Both the position numbers and the translations under genes were made by a program. The notes beneath the pieces are model-generated. The model was not told where the DNA came from. It was given only the letters and a program-made list of their open reading frames with translations, and ran no database searches. Shown here piece after piece: positions 11,860 to 23,486 of a stretch of DNA of 64,000 bases. Every line of letters begins with the position of its first letter. Position 1 is the first letter of the stretch. Source of the stretch: Vicugna vicugna (lineage: Eukaryota); assembly GCA_013265495.1 (NCBI GenBank), contig MU057584.1, positions 412,608 to 476,607 of the forward strand, read 5' to 3'.

Positions 11860-12480
11860 CTTGATTCTACAAACACTTGCCTAGCTCCTCATGCCTAGCG
11901 CTGTTCTAGGCACTGGAGATACAGTGGTGACCCAAACAAAGTTCCTGTTCTCTCAGAGCTTCTGTTCTGTGCCAGAAAATAAAAAATAAATATATGGTGG
12001 TGATAAGTACCATGGAGGGAAAATGTAGTAAGACAAAGGAAGGAAAGAGTGGTGGGGATAGCAGGAGTTGCTATTTTAGATAGGATAGTCAAGGGAAGCC
12101 CTGTGATGAAGTGATGGAGTAGAAATTTGAAGCAAGTGAGGGAGGGAGCTATGGCGGGAAAGAATGTCCCAAGAGACGGAAGAGTAAGTGCAAAGGCCCT
12201 GAGGCTGGAAGATGCCTGGCATTGGAGGAACAGCAAAAACACAAAGCAACCTGGGTGGCAGGAGCAGAGCTAGCTAGTTGGGGAAGAGCGGGGGAGATGG
12301 GGTCAGAGAGTCATGAGGAACGAATCAAGGCCCTTGTGCGCCATGGAGAGGACTCCAGCTTTTACTGGGAGTGAGAGGGGCCATGCAAGGGTTCTGAGCA
12401 GAAGAGTGACAGGGGCTGACTCACATTTTAATGGGACCCCTCTGGCTGTTTTGTGGAGATGAATTGTAGAAGACAAAGGC
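11860..12480 (-). mobile_element. L2 LINE fragment
   Basis: gttctaggcactggagatacag...gtgcaaaggccctgagg...gggttctgagcagaagagtgaca. Confidence 0.7.
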
Positions 12481-14099
12481 AGACGACATTTCAGTACTAG
12501 TTTCGGCAAGTCCTCATGGACAGAGGAACTGTGCTGGTATTTATGACTTCCCTGCTTCCTACACATGTCATATAGTCCTCCCTCACCTAGATCCTCATCT
12601 GGTTGGCTTCTTGAGGAAGGTGGAAAGGGGGTGCTGATGAGAGGGTGCCTATCAGCCCAAGCAGTAGGTGCACTAGCGAGCCAGGGCCAGAAGAGCTGGG
12701 CAGCAGGTGCCTGGGGTCATTGTGTGTAAGCTGGTCCCAGGGAGTGCTTTGGTCCAAGAGCAAGTATGCATGTGCGGCCAGCCTGGGTGGGATTTGCAGG
12801 TGAGCCTGTGTGCTCCTGCCTTTGAGCCTTGCGCACCTTCCCTGAGTGCCTGCTCTGTGTCTGGCCTGTGCTGGGCAGTGCTGGGGACACAACAGTGACC
12901 GAAACAGCCCTGGCCCTGCCCTTACTGGCTCACAGCCCAGATCCAGTCCCCAGAGCGATGACCCAGTGTGGGAAGAGCTGGAGTTGGAGAGCTCAGAGAG
13001 GGCACCTGACCCAGCCTAAGAGATCAGGGAGGACTTCCTGGAGGAGGGGGTGGTGTGGCTAACACTAAAAGATCACCTGTCCCTCTATAACAATTGCTCT
13101 CCTGTATGGACAAAGTAGCCTTTACCAATCTGACCTATAACTCAAGGCTGACCTGTAATCTAAGCCTTCCCTGGTGTTTGACCAATGACCCTCTGCCACC
13201 TCCACCCACCCCGATCTGATCAAAGGCCTGGGTAACCTCTCCCAGCATGACCAGCATCCCCTATCCCGAACAGTGTCCAGGGCTAGCTTCTCCCTGGTAA
13301 CCAGTGACATCTCCCTCCCTGCAGCCAGCATCTGGGGATTTGGTCCCAGTCAGGCCTGGCTTGTGAGGAGCCTTGGACAGTCTGATCTGTGATCCCAAGT
13401 CTGACCTGTGACCCTTCCTTCTGACCCATGGCCAGGCTCCTCCTCTCTTCCCTCAGGTGCCCTGGCTTCCTCCCCTCCCCCATTCACCTGCTCCTGCCAG
13501 CCCGATTCCCTTCCCCTCCCCCCAAGGTTGGGAGGGAGTGAAGGGAAGAGAAAGGGAGGAAGGGGGGTGGCATTCCTGGGATTCCCAGGATGGGGGGAAG
13601 AGAGGGAGGGCCCTAGGAGGAGATCAGAGGAAAGAGCACCCCACAGCCCCCACTCCCCAGCATCAAAGAGGCCTGGGCAGAACTGGGGTTTGAAGACTAT
13701 TAGATATAAGAGATTGAACTGGTGGGTTCCAGGCCACTGGTCAGACAGGAGAGCAGCTGGCCACAGGGGAGGGCTCACAGGGCATACTGGGAGAAGCTGT
13801 TCTAGGCCACTGGTCAGGCTGGCGACTGCTGGTTATACTGGGAGAGGCCAATGCAGGCCACTGGATGGACCAGGGCCAGCTGGTTTAAAGGATGAAGTGA
13901 GCCCAGGCCATGGGCCATAGTGGGAACGAGACCGCCGGTCAAAATGAGGGGGAGAGGGTCCGCGGTTGTCCAGTGATGTCCAGCTCAGGACACCGGCTGG
14001 ACTGGTCAGTCAGGCCACCCGCCGTGGGCGCTGGCCAGCCCGAGCCTGAGCCTGACACCCTGGGGCCTGGGGGCGGAGGGAGCCCCGCTCCGGGCTGAG

Positions 14100-14450
14100 C
14101 GCTGGGAGGTCGGCTCCGGGCAGTGGGAGGTCCTGGCGCGGCGCCCGGGTTTGGGGGGAGAAGGGAGGCCGGGAGGGCGGGGCGGGGCGGGGCTGCCCGG
14201 GGCGGGGCCTCGTTGCTCCAGCCCCGCGGCCGCCGAGCTCCAGCCCGGGCTCAGTCCCTGCCGCCGCCGCCGCCGCCGCCGCCGCTGCTGCTGACAACGC
14301 CTTGAACATGGAGCCCCCGGACGCCCGGGCAGGGGCGCGCGGGGCCTCGCGGCTGCTGGTGCTCACGCTCCTGCTGGGGGCGCAGCCAGGTAAGGCTCGG
14401 GCTGAGAGCAGGGCGCCTCCGGCTGGGGGCGGGGACGGTGGGTGGGTAGC
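14100..14450 (+). promoter_or_regulatory. BCAM CpG-island promoter with GC boxes
   Basis: High CpG density; several GGGCGG/GGGGCGGGG boxes at 14175-14210 just upstream of exon 1. Confidence 0.85.
14308..14389 (+). CDS. BCAM: BCAM exon 1 (signal peptide)
   Basis: MEPPDARAGARGASRLLVLTLLLGAQP|gtaagg. Confidence 0.96.
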
Positions 14451-16216
14451 CCCTGGGGACCCCACGAAGGGAAGAGGGCAGGAGCTTTCACCGACCCCAG
14501 GAAGCCAAACTTGGGGACCCCAGGGAGGAGGGATACGGGAGCATAGGGACATAAGGACAGCTAGGCAGAGGGGCTCAGGATACACAGCAGTGGCTTCCAG
14601 ACGACCTGAGAAGTTGGGACCCAGGAGTGCGGGGGGCTCTCGGCTCCCTCCCCACTCAGACCTTGGGAACTACCCCCACCCCGACCTGGGCCGTACTCCC
14701 TCAGACACAGGGCCAGGCCCCCAGTGGCTGGGGTAGATTTCCCCAGGACAGAAGAGACCAAAACAATGCTCCCCGCTCAAAAGTTGTCAAATTTTGAGAA
14801 GATCAGGGACTCTGTGGCTAGAAACCAGGAAGTCACATGTATTTGAGGGTCCCTGGGTCTAGATCGAGAGCCCAGATTCTAAGGGACCCCCCTCCCTCTC
14901 CATCAGAAAGAGCTGGAGCAATGGCCCTGGGCAGTGACAGTGGAGCCAAGTGGGAACCAAGTGTTTCCGAGTGACACTGCCCCCTTCCCAGGGCCCCAGA
15001 TAAATCCACACACCTGTGTGGTTGGGGAATGGGGGTGGAGGATGAGGCTCTGAGGGGCTAGCCACAGAGGGACAGAGAGACCAGAGAACTGGGGAAGAAA
15101 GAGATCTCTCCATCTATCCTTGCTGTCTGCTGCTCAGCCCGAGCCCCAGGCACTAGCCTGGCCCCACACTCCCTCCCATGGGGCAGGCCTGGGCCAGAGG
15201 TGGGTGCCTGGGAATCCAGGCCCCTGGCACAAGCATGGCCAAGAGTGGATCCCCAGGGGCAGAGCTGGGCCAAGCTGGGCGGGGAAGGGAAGGGAGAGTC
15301 TAAGAACTGAGAGCTAATGCCAGGATGCCAGCCCAGAGGGTGACAGAGCTTGCTTTCCTGATGTGAGCACCTCTGTCTGCCAGGGTCCGGGGATAGGAGT
15401 CCGGCCCCGAGCTCCCTTCTCCCTCGGGACACAGCATCCAGGGCCTCAGTCCTAGTCTGTTCTGAAGTGACGCACTGCTCAATCAGAGTTAGAGGGGCCA
15501 AGGGGCGGGTAGGGGGCTCGGGCAGGTCTGAGCCAGCCTGTCCCTCCCACATTCCTGAAACCTGCCCAGCCCTGTCCCCCTCACCGCGCCCACACAGCCA
15601 TCCCGCCTCAGCTCTGGCCCAGCCCCAGCCCCCCACTCCTGAGGGAGAGACCCAGAGGCAGGGCTGAGGTACATGGAGATGGTGAGAGACACAGAGGCCA
15701 TGGAACTAAGAGCTGGAGACCCAGTGTGAGGGACACACATGCAGAGGAGGTGACTAAGAGATGGAGAGGCGGTGATCTCCATCACTGTGGCAGGCCGGAG
15801 CAACGCAAAGTGCTGGAGGCAAAGGAAGAAGACCGCCCTGGCCCTGCCCTTGAGGGGTGTTTGGTCTGGTGAGAAAAGTCAGGACCGACACGCTTTTAGC
15901 CCAAGAGGATTGAATGGAGGCCCCTGGGGCCCTGTGTGGCCCGAGGGAGGAGCCCTTAGTTCTGCAATTGAGGAGAAAGATGGAAAGAAATGCTAATGAG
16001 ATCTGAAGCTCAGAGATGCAGAGATGAGAGATTAAGGGAGAAGAGGAGGGACTGGGTCTGAGGGAGGAGGGACTGAGGACTTGGACTCCAGGGTCTGAGG
16101 GAGGAGGGGGCTGGTGGCCTGGACTCCTGGGTACTGACGGAGGAGGGGCTGTGTTTGGAGGGCTCTGCCTATTGGTGGCGGTAGGGGAGAGCTCAATGGC
16201 CCAACTCCCACAACAG

Positions 16217-16338
16217 GTGCCAAGGCTGAGGTGCGCCTGTCTGTGCCCCCCCTGGTGGAGGTGATGAGGGGAGATCCTGTCACTCTGGACTGCACCCCCT
16301 CGGGGACTTATGACTATTTCATGCTGGAATGGTTCCTG
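16217..16338 (+). CDS. BCAM: BCAM exon 2
   Basis: AKAEVRLSVPPLVEVMRGDPVTLDC...MLEWFL|gtgagt. Confidence 0.96.
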
Positions 16339-16907
16339 GTGAGTGCTGCGGGCTGGGGGCCAGGGGATGACAGAGTGTGGCCTTGGAGTCTGGGCACAGC
16401 GGACTGCAAACCTTCATCCCTCATCAGAACCCGAAGGACCCTAGGAGCTCCACCAAGCTGCCTTTCCATTTTACAGATGGGAAAATGGAGGCCCAGAAAA
16501 GGGAAATGCGGGTCCTCTGATGTCTGAGCACAGCTGAGACTAGAATGAAGAAGTTCCCCTTCAGAGCCCTGGCTCTTGAGAGAGAACATTCAGAGGCAGA
16601 TACCCAGGAAGCCAGAGCCCCGGGGTGGGAGTAAAGAGAAAATAAGAGGCAGGGAGAAACAGGGCAGGTGAGGGAGATGGAGAGGTGGGAATAGAGTGAG
16701 ATAGAGAAAGAGAGGAAAATGTGGCAACAGATAGGGTGCACGGGTGGGAGGGGTGGAGAGAGGGGCAGAGGGACCAGAGAGAAAGATAACAAGAGGCAAA
16801 GAGACCCACCGAGCAGCAGAAAGAAAAGGACACAGACAGAGACGCTGCGGAGGGGTGGGCCAGCCAGGCAGCCCCTCAAGATGAGGCGCTGGCCCCCCCT
16901 CCCACAG

Positions 16908-17136
16908 GCCGACCGCTCTGGGATCCGCCACCGCCTGGCCTCTGCCGAGCTGCAGGGCTCTAAGCTCCAGGACAAGGTGCATGATTCCCGGGGCCGCAGC
17001 CCTCCGTACCAGCTGGACTCCCGGGGGCGCCTGGTGCTGGCCGAGGCCCAGGTGGGCGACGAGCGGGACTACGTGTGCGTGGTGAGGGCGGGGGCAGCGG
17101 GCACTGCCGAGGCCACCGCGCGGCTCATTGTGTTTG
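16908..17136 (+). CDS. BCAM: BCAM exon 3
   Basis: ADRSGIRHRLASAELQG...DERDYVCVVRAGAAGTAEATARLIVF|gtgagt. Confidence 0.96.
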
Positions 17137-17225
17137 GTGAGTATCCAAGGGTCCCCCCCCCAACCAAGGGGCAGGCAAGGGAGAGCCACAGGAAGGGGCT
17201 CCTGATAGTAACATCTCTCCCACAG

Positions 17226-17296
17226 CAAAACCAGAGGACACCGAGGTTACCCCCAACAAAGGGATATTGTCTGTGATGGAGGACACTGCCCAAGAG
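17226..17296 (+). CDS. BCAM: BCAM exon 4
   Basis: KPEDTEVTPNKGILSVMEDTAQE|gtacct; 71 bp. Confidence 0.93.
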
Positions 17297-17563
17297 GTAC
17301 CTGGCCTGGACCTTCATTCCAGGGTTCTGAAGGAGGAGGGGGCTGGGGTCCTGGACTCCTGCATCCTGAGGTTGGAAGGGGCTGGGAACTTGGGCTCTCT
17401 AGTCCAAGGAGCAGGGGCCTGGGAACTCAGCCCAGGTCCCGGGGGAGTAGGGGTCTGGGAGCTTGACTCCTGGGTCTGAGTAAGAAGCCCCTAAGGGGGC
17501 GAGGGGACCCAGATTTCAGGATCCTGGCTCCAAGCCCACTGTGGGGCCCTGTGTCTGCCCCAG

Positions 17564-17660
17564 ATTGCCACCTGCAACAGTCGCAACGGGAACCCAGCCC
17601 CCCAGATCATGTGGTATCGGAACGGGCAGCGCCTGGAAGTGCCCATGGAGATGAACTCCG
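17564..17660 (+). CDS. BCAM: BCAM exon 5
   Basis: IATCNSRNGNPAPQIMWYRNGQRLEVPMEMNS|gtgagc. Confidence 0.95.
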
Positions 17661-17774
17661 GTGAGCTAAGTGCACAGGAAGAGCCTAGCTAATGGGGTGG
17701 GTGGGGCAGCGGCCTGGCTGGCTGATGGCCTCTCTCTCTCTCTTTCCCTCTCTCTCTCCCTTCCCCTCTCCCAG

Positions 17775-17957
17775 AGGGCTACATGACCAGCCGCACAGTC
17801 CGGGAGGCCTCGGGCCTGCAGTCCCTCACCAGCACCCTCTACCTGCGCCTCCGCAAGGCCGACCGGGATGCCAGCTTCCACTGCTCCGCGCACTACCGCC
17901 TGCCCACAGGCCAGCACGGCCGCCTGGACAGCCCGGCCTTCCACCTGACCCTGCACT
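17775..17957 (+). CDS. BCAM: BCAM exon 6
   Basis: GYMTSRTVREASGLQSLTSTLYLRL...FHLTLH|gtgagt. Confidence 0.96.
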
Positions 17958-18398
17958 GTGAGTCCACGCCGGCCCGACCCTCCCCTCTGGCCTTCCACTC
18001 CCCTACCTCATGTGGCCTGGCCTCTGACCTCTGACCTCAAATAGTAGCACGAGCCCCTTCCTGACTTCTGACCCCACCCCCATGGCACCCTGAACCCCCT
18101 GGAGTTTTGTGACTTCACCTCATACCCAACCCTTTCACATCTTTGAATTGGTTCCCCCGAATCTCACACTGACCTGCCACCTGTGCTGACCTCTAACCCT
18201 TGACCTATACTCTCAGCTTGTCTCAGCCTCTGACTTCTAGTCCCTGATCTCAGAATTTGAACCTGAGCCTTGAAAGCTATGACCTCTAACCTTTAGCCAA
18301 CCGTAGCCTTTTCCTTTGCTGAGGCGCTGACCTCTTTCCCTTCATCCAGCCCTGCCTTTTACTCTTGACCCTGATCGTGAGTCTGCCCTTTCCCTTAG

Positions 18399-18535
18399 AT
18401 CCCACGGAGCACGTACAGTTCTGGGTGGGCAGCCCATCCACAACAGCGGGCTGGGTACGTGAGGGTGACTCTGTCCAGCTGTTCTGCCAGGGGGACGGCA
18501 GCCCCAGCCCAGAGTACACGTTTTTCCACCTTCAG
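18399..18535 (+). CDS. BCAM: BCAM exon 7
   Basis: PTEHVQFWVGSPSTTAGWVREGD...EYTFFHLQ|gtaact. Confidence 0.96.
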
Positions 18536-18800
18536 GTAACTCACTCCATCATTCCCTTGGAACTGCCAGCCCTGACCTCTGTGATATACTCACCTGTACC
18601 AACTTCTAACCTTTCACTTGGGTGGCCCCTGGCCTAGCAAGGCACCAGACGGGTGACCCTGGAGCTAACAAGACCTCAGACCTCTGATTTGAGAGAGTTC
18701 TGACTTAACGTGATGCCTGACTTGGGTGACCCCTGATCTAGAATGACCCTGCCAGTCCAGGGTATCTCGTGAACTGAGTTCCTCATTCCTGGCCACCCAG

Positions 18801-18957
18801 GACAAGCAGGAGGTTGTGCTGAAAACAAATCTGGAGGGGAACTTGACCCTGGCGGGGGTACAGCGGAGCCAGAGTGGGACCTACGGCTGCAGGGTGGAGG
18901 ACTACGACGCTGCTGAGGACGCAGAGCTCTCCAAAACCCGGGAGCTGCACGTGGCCT
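18801..18957 (+). CDS. BCAM: BCAM exon 8
   Basis: DKQEVVLKTNLEGNLTL...GTYGCRVEDYDAAED...LHVA|gtgagc. Confidence 0.96.
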
Positions 18958-19959
18958 GTGAGCGCCCCTGGAGAGCGGGGAGGGTGGCCCGGCGCCCGCT
19001 GCCTCCTCACCCCCACCCCCCGCAGCCCTGCCGCCACCCCTTTCTCTCTATTTCTATGGTCCCTGCCCCTGACCCAGATGCCCCAGCCCCCTCCAGCCTC
19101 CAGATTGCTGCCTTTCCAAAACCCAAACCTGACCTTTCCCTGCTCGGAACCTACCATGGCTCCCCAGTGCTCTCAGGAGAAAATCTGCCTGCCTCACCAC
19201 AGCCTTCAAGGCCCACCTGGCAGGCTTCACCTTCGCAGACCCTTGTCCCCACCGAGGCGTTCTCCCCATCACACACCGGGCCCCTCTCATTCCTACGCTA
19301 ACTCCCCATCCCCTCCACTGCCTATTTCTAACGAATCTCTTGGGTCCCAGTCTTCTAAGAAGCCTTCTTGGTCCACCTGCACCCAGTCCTGTGCGAAAGC
19401 TCTGTCCCTTCTCGGCCTTCCTTGTACCTCTCTTCCTGGGGCGAGACCCTCTGCCAGATCTTTGAGACACCTCTGTGAACAAGACAGACCAGTCCCCACC
19501 TTCGCAGAGCTCTGGGCCCAGTCGGGGAGGCAGATGGTAAATGCTGAACAAGACACTTTGAGTAGCAATCCTGCAGCTACAGCGACTAGCGCAGAGTGAT
19601 GGGATAAGGAGTTGGCCAGGCGAGCGGGGATTATGTTAGATGGAGAGGAAGTGGGTTATAGGCTGCGTCCCCGAGAAGCAGATTCTGACCACAGGTGGGA
19701 AATTTATAGGGAATGCCTTGGGATTCACGTCTGTTGGGGGGTGAGGAGGGCAAGGAAGCAGGATTGGGCAGAGGGAGAAGTTGGGCTTCAGTCTAAGGAA
19801 GGCTTTGGTTGGCCTCACAGGGCACCCGGAAGCTGGGATGTCCCCAGATGAGGTGAGGGGGTGAGGCTGTTATACTCCCACATCAACCAGTCATTGGATG
19901 TGGGCTGCGTGGTGAAGGAGGGGGCATGACCTTGAGCGAGGGGCTCTGTGCAGCCCGGG

Positions 19960-20640
19960 CAGTTCCCAGAGAGGGCTGACAGCTGAGATCTGACAGCTGA
20001 CATCCTTCTCAACAGCTGGGGGAACAAATCCTTCAGTGCTGAAGGGGAAATCTGAGTGTCTACAATAGGGGGACAGAGAGGCCTCTCTGAGAAAGGGACA
20101 TTTGAGTAGGAAACCAAAGAATGGAATCAGAAGTATGAAGAACCAAAAGAAGTACATTCCAGGCAGCGGAAGCAGCAAGTGCAAAGGCCCTGAGGCAGGA
20201 CCCAACTTGGCATACTAGAGAATGACAGCGAAAGTATAGGCTAGCTAGAGCTCAACAAACAAGAGGGGAGGGTGGGAGATGAGGTCAAAGCAGCGAGCAG
20301 GGGTCAACCAGGCAGGATCTTTAGGCTTCATCAGGGAAGTTGGCCTTTATGTCAAGGGTATTGGGGAACCAGTGCAGGATTTTAAGCAGAGGCAAGGGCT
20401 GACCCAGGTGTGTTTTGGAAAGATCCCTCTGGTTGCTCAGCAGAGGATGGACCAGAGAAGATGAGAGTCTTGCCCAGGAGGGAGACCAGTGAGGAGGTGA
20501 TTGCAGAAGTCAAGGCAGTCAGACCCCAGGACAGAGATGGAGAGTAGTGGAAGGATGCATCTGGAGGACAGGGCAGAGGGTGTCTTGATGGAAGAGTGGG
20601 CAGTGTGGAGGAGAAGGCCAGGGTTTGGGTGGTAAGTCAG
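19960..20640 (-). mobile_element. L2 LINE fragment
   Basis: agcaagtgcaaaggccctgaggcagga...gattttaagcagagg...agatccctctgg. Confidence 0.65.
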
Positions 20641-20920
20641 ATAAAGAACACCTCACACCTCCGAGGTTATCCACTAACCTTGGGCGCAGACATCAGCTCT
20701 GGAGGCAAGTGGTCGAGGAGGGCATGTGTTCGGGAGCTAGACTCCTAGGTCTGGCCTCGAGGGCTTGGATGGGACAGTGGAAAGTTCGTGATGCCAGGGA
20801 GAATTCGGCATTCTCTTCTAACATTTGTCCGTTCATGTCTGCACCCCCTAGCAGCCCTGGAGAGCCCCTAACCCAGTGGGTGAGGGTCCAGGGAAGGTGA
20901 CAGTCTGTACCCCTCTCCAG

Positions 20921-21036
20921 ACCTGGACCCACTGGAGCTCAGCATTGGAGAAGAGCTTTCCCTGCCTCTGGGCAACAGCACAGCCGTGAATTGCTCCGTG
21001 CAAGGCCTGCCCACCCCAACCCTGCGCTGGACCAAG
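20921..21036 (+). CDS. BCAM: BCAM exon 9
   Basis: LDPLELSIGEELSLPLGNSTAVNCSVQGLPTPTLRWTK|gtgaga. Confidence 0.95.
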
Positions 21037-21136
21037 GTGAGAGGGAAAGGCTCCCCGCCCAGCGCAGAACCCCGCCTTCCATCAGCCCCTCCCCTCCTCT
21101 CACAGCTGGCCCCGCCTACTCTTTCTCCCCACCCAG

Positions 21137-21278
21137 GACTCGGCACCCCTGGGGAATGACCCCACACTCTCCCTCCGCTCCATCACCTTTGATTCCGCTG
21201 GCACCTACGTATGCGAGGCCTTCATGCCCACTGTCCCCCTTCTTAGTCGCACCCGGAGCTTCAAGTTGCTGGTCCAAG
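21137..21278 (+). CDS. BCAM: BCAM exon 10
   Basis: DSAPLGNDPTLSLRSITFDSAGTYVCEAFMPTVPLLSRTRSFKLLVQ|gttcgg. Confidence 0.94.
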
Positions 21279-21440
21279 GTTCGGGGTTGGGGCAGGCTTG
21301 GATGGGGACAGTGGGGGGCATGGGGGCCAGGACAAATGAGTCATGTCCACAGCTGGTCCTTCTCTCTCTCCTCTTTCTCTCCTACTTCTTCTTTCCCGGG
21401 GTGCCTCCCGCTCACTCCCTTCCTGCCCCACCACCCACAG

Positions 21441-21577
21441 GGCCACCAGAGTTAAGGGCAGAGGAGACAAAGCCTAAAGCAGAGGGCAGCTGGATGGAAG
21501 GAGACGAAGTCAGGCTGACCTGCTATGCCCGCGGCTACCCAGAGCCCAAACTCAGCTGGAGCCAACTGGGCGGCAGC
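21441..21577 (+). CDS. BCAM: BCAM exon 11
   Basis: PPELRAEETKPKAEGSWMEGDEVRLTCYARGYPEPKLSWSQLGGS|gtaagg. Confidence 0.95.
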
Positions 21578-21795
21578 GTAAGGGACCCTTCCCTGCACCC
21601 TGAACTCTCTGGGACCCGGGAAGCGCCCCCTCCCAAACCCCTCAGCAGACCCCGCCCCCTCAACAGTCCGAGACTCAGAAGACCCTGCCCCCTCAACAGT
21701 CCGAGCATTATGCTCCCCCCCCCCACTTCCTCTTCACCTCTGCCCTCACCCTGAGCCCTTGGTCCTGAGCCTGGGCCTGACCTGCGCCTCCGCAG

Positions 21796-21940
21796 CCAGC
21801 AGAGCCGGCCCCCGGAGAGCAGGGCTGGGTGAGCAGCTCCCTGACCCTGAAGGTGACCAGTGCCCTGAGCCGAGATGGTGTCTCCTGTGCGGCCTCCAAC
21901 CCCCACGGGCACGACCAGCACGTCTTCCACTTCGGCACTG
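21796..21940 (+). CDS. BCAM: BCAM exon 12
   Basis: PAEPAPGEQGWVSSSLTLKVTSALSRDGVSCAASNPHGHDQHVFHFGT|gtgagt. Confidence 0.95.
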
Positions 21941-22030
21941 GTGAGTGAGCACAGGGGTGGGACAGGAGCCGGGTGTGGGGCAGACGCGGCGCTGCTGACT
22001 GACTCCTCCTCCTGCGTCCTGTCCCTGCAG

Positions 22031-22175
22031 TGGCCCCCCAGACCTCCCAGGCCGGAGTGGCAGTCATGGCCGTGGCCGTCAGCGTGGGCCTCCTGCTCAT
22101 CGTCGTTGCTGCCTTCTACTGCATGAGACGCAAGGGCCACCCCGGCTGCTGCCGGCGCGGGGAGAAGGGGTCTCC
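22031..22175 (+). CDS. BCAM: BCAM exon 13 (transmembrane)
   Basis: APQTSQAGVAVMAVAVSVGLLLIVVAAFYCMRRKGHPGCCRRGEKGS|gtgagt. Confidence 0.96.
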
Positions 22176-22199
22176 GTGAGTGACCTTGCAGTGGACCTC

Positions 22200-22850
22200 T
22201 CTAACCCGGCTCTGACCTCGTCCCCAGCCTCCACCCCAAACCAACCACATCCCCAACCCCAGCTCCATCGCCAAATAAAACGCCATCCCATCTCCAACCT
22301 CTAACCTGGTCCATAACCATCCCCTCCCACACTCCCATTCCCAGTCTCATCACTGCCTCAGATCCTGACCCCACCCCACTCCCAACCCCAGCCCATAACC
22401 ACGTGCAAACCCACGTCAAACTCAATTTAACCCCATCTGTGTCCCCAACCTCCTCTCCAACCCCAACTCAGTCCCAACCCCAAACCCAGCCCGTAACCAG
22501 CCCCGAACTTGACTCCTACCACATCTCCATCCCCGAGGCCCCCTCCTAACCCAGTCCCATTCCTAACCCCACACCCATCCCCATCTAACCTCATCTCCAT
22601 CTGCAACCACATGGCCACCCTCAACTCCAATCCATGGCCACCCCCAAAACCGTCCTCAAAACCCACCCCAACTACATCACCAGCTCCATTTCCAACAGCA
22701 TCTTTGACCGTAGCCCCACCCCATCCCTAACCCCAGTGCCATTACCACCTCTGACCCCATCCCCAGCCCATTCCCACCCATGCCCAAGTCCATCCCCATC
22801 CAACACACCCCAGCCCCAGTTCCTTCCTTGGCCATGACCACCTCCAACAT
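22200..22850. repeat. C-rich degenerate hexamer repeat (CCCCAA/CCCCAT) filling BCAM intron 13
   Basis: Direct reading; strong C/A versus G strand asymmetry. Confidence 0.85.
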
Positions 22851-22869
22851 GCTTGCCTCCTACCCCTAG

Positions 22870-22987
22870 GCCACCCAGGGAACCAGAGCTGAGCCACTCA
22901 GGGTCAGAGCGGCCAGAGCAGACGGGCCTTCTCATGGGAGGTGCCTCTGGAGGAGCCCGGCGTGGGAGCGGTGGCTTCGGAGATGAG
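22870..22987 (+). CDS. BCAM: BCAM exon 14 (cytoplasmic tail, long isoform)
   Basis: PPREPELSHSGSERPEQTGLLMGGASGGARRGSGGFGDE|gtgggt. Confidence 0.95.
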
Positions 22988-23068
22988 GTGGGTGAGGGCC
23001 TGGGCACCCTGGTGAGAGGGTGGAATGGTCTCTATGGGTCCAGGCTGACTTCTCCGTCTTCTCCCCAG

Positions 23069-23074
23069 TGCTGA
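23069..23074 (+). CDS. BCAM: BCAM exon 15 coding part (Cys-stop)
   Basis: ccccag|TGC TGA. Confidence 0.92.
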   Translation, partial: C

Positions 23075-23480
23075 GCCTGAGGACTGCCCAGAAGCAGCCA
23101 TGAACCTGATGTGGGGTTGAGGGGATCAGAAAACCAGCCCTGCTCCCGCCTCCGCCTGCCCCTGCCTTCCCGGCCTTCCCTTTTCCCTCTCAGACCCTCC
23201 CTTCCTTCCTCTGTAAGCTGGGCAGGGACCACAGCAGCCTGCTGCTGTTGGGAGGGAGGGAACCTTCCTCTAGGGAGTGTGACTCTCCCAGGCCCCAGAA
23301 TAGCTCCTGGACCCAAGCCCAGGGCCTGGCCTGGGACGAGCCTCTGAGGGTCGGCTGGCCGGGGCTATTTTTACCTCCTGCCTCCATTGCTGGTCCCCCC
23401 ACCTGACGTCCTGCTGCATAGTCTGACACTGGATCCCCGCCCCTGCCCCCGCCCCATTATCTGTGGACACTGGAGTCTGG

Positions 23481-23486
23481 AATAAA
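23481..23486 (+). terminator. BCAM poly(A) signal
   Basis: AATAAA about 400 nt after the stop codon. Confidence 0.85.

Larger units (their letters stand above)
14308..23074 (+). other. BCAM: BCAM gene CDS span: basal cell adhesion molecule / Lutheran glycoprotein, 628 aa
   Basis: 15 exons sum to 1887 nt = 628 aa + stop; signal peptide, five Ig domains, TM (AGVAVMAVAVSVGLLLIVVAAFYCM), tail ending GGFGDEC. Confidence 0.98.
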
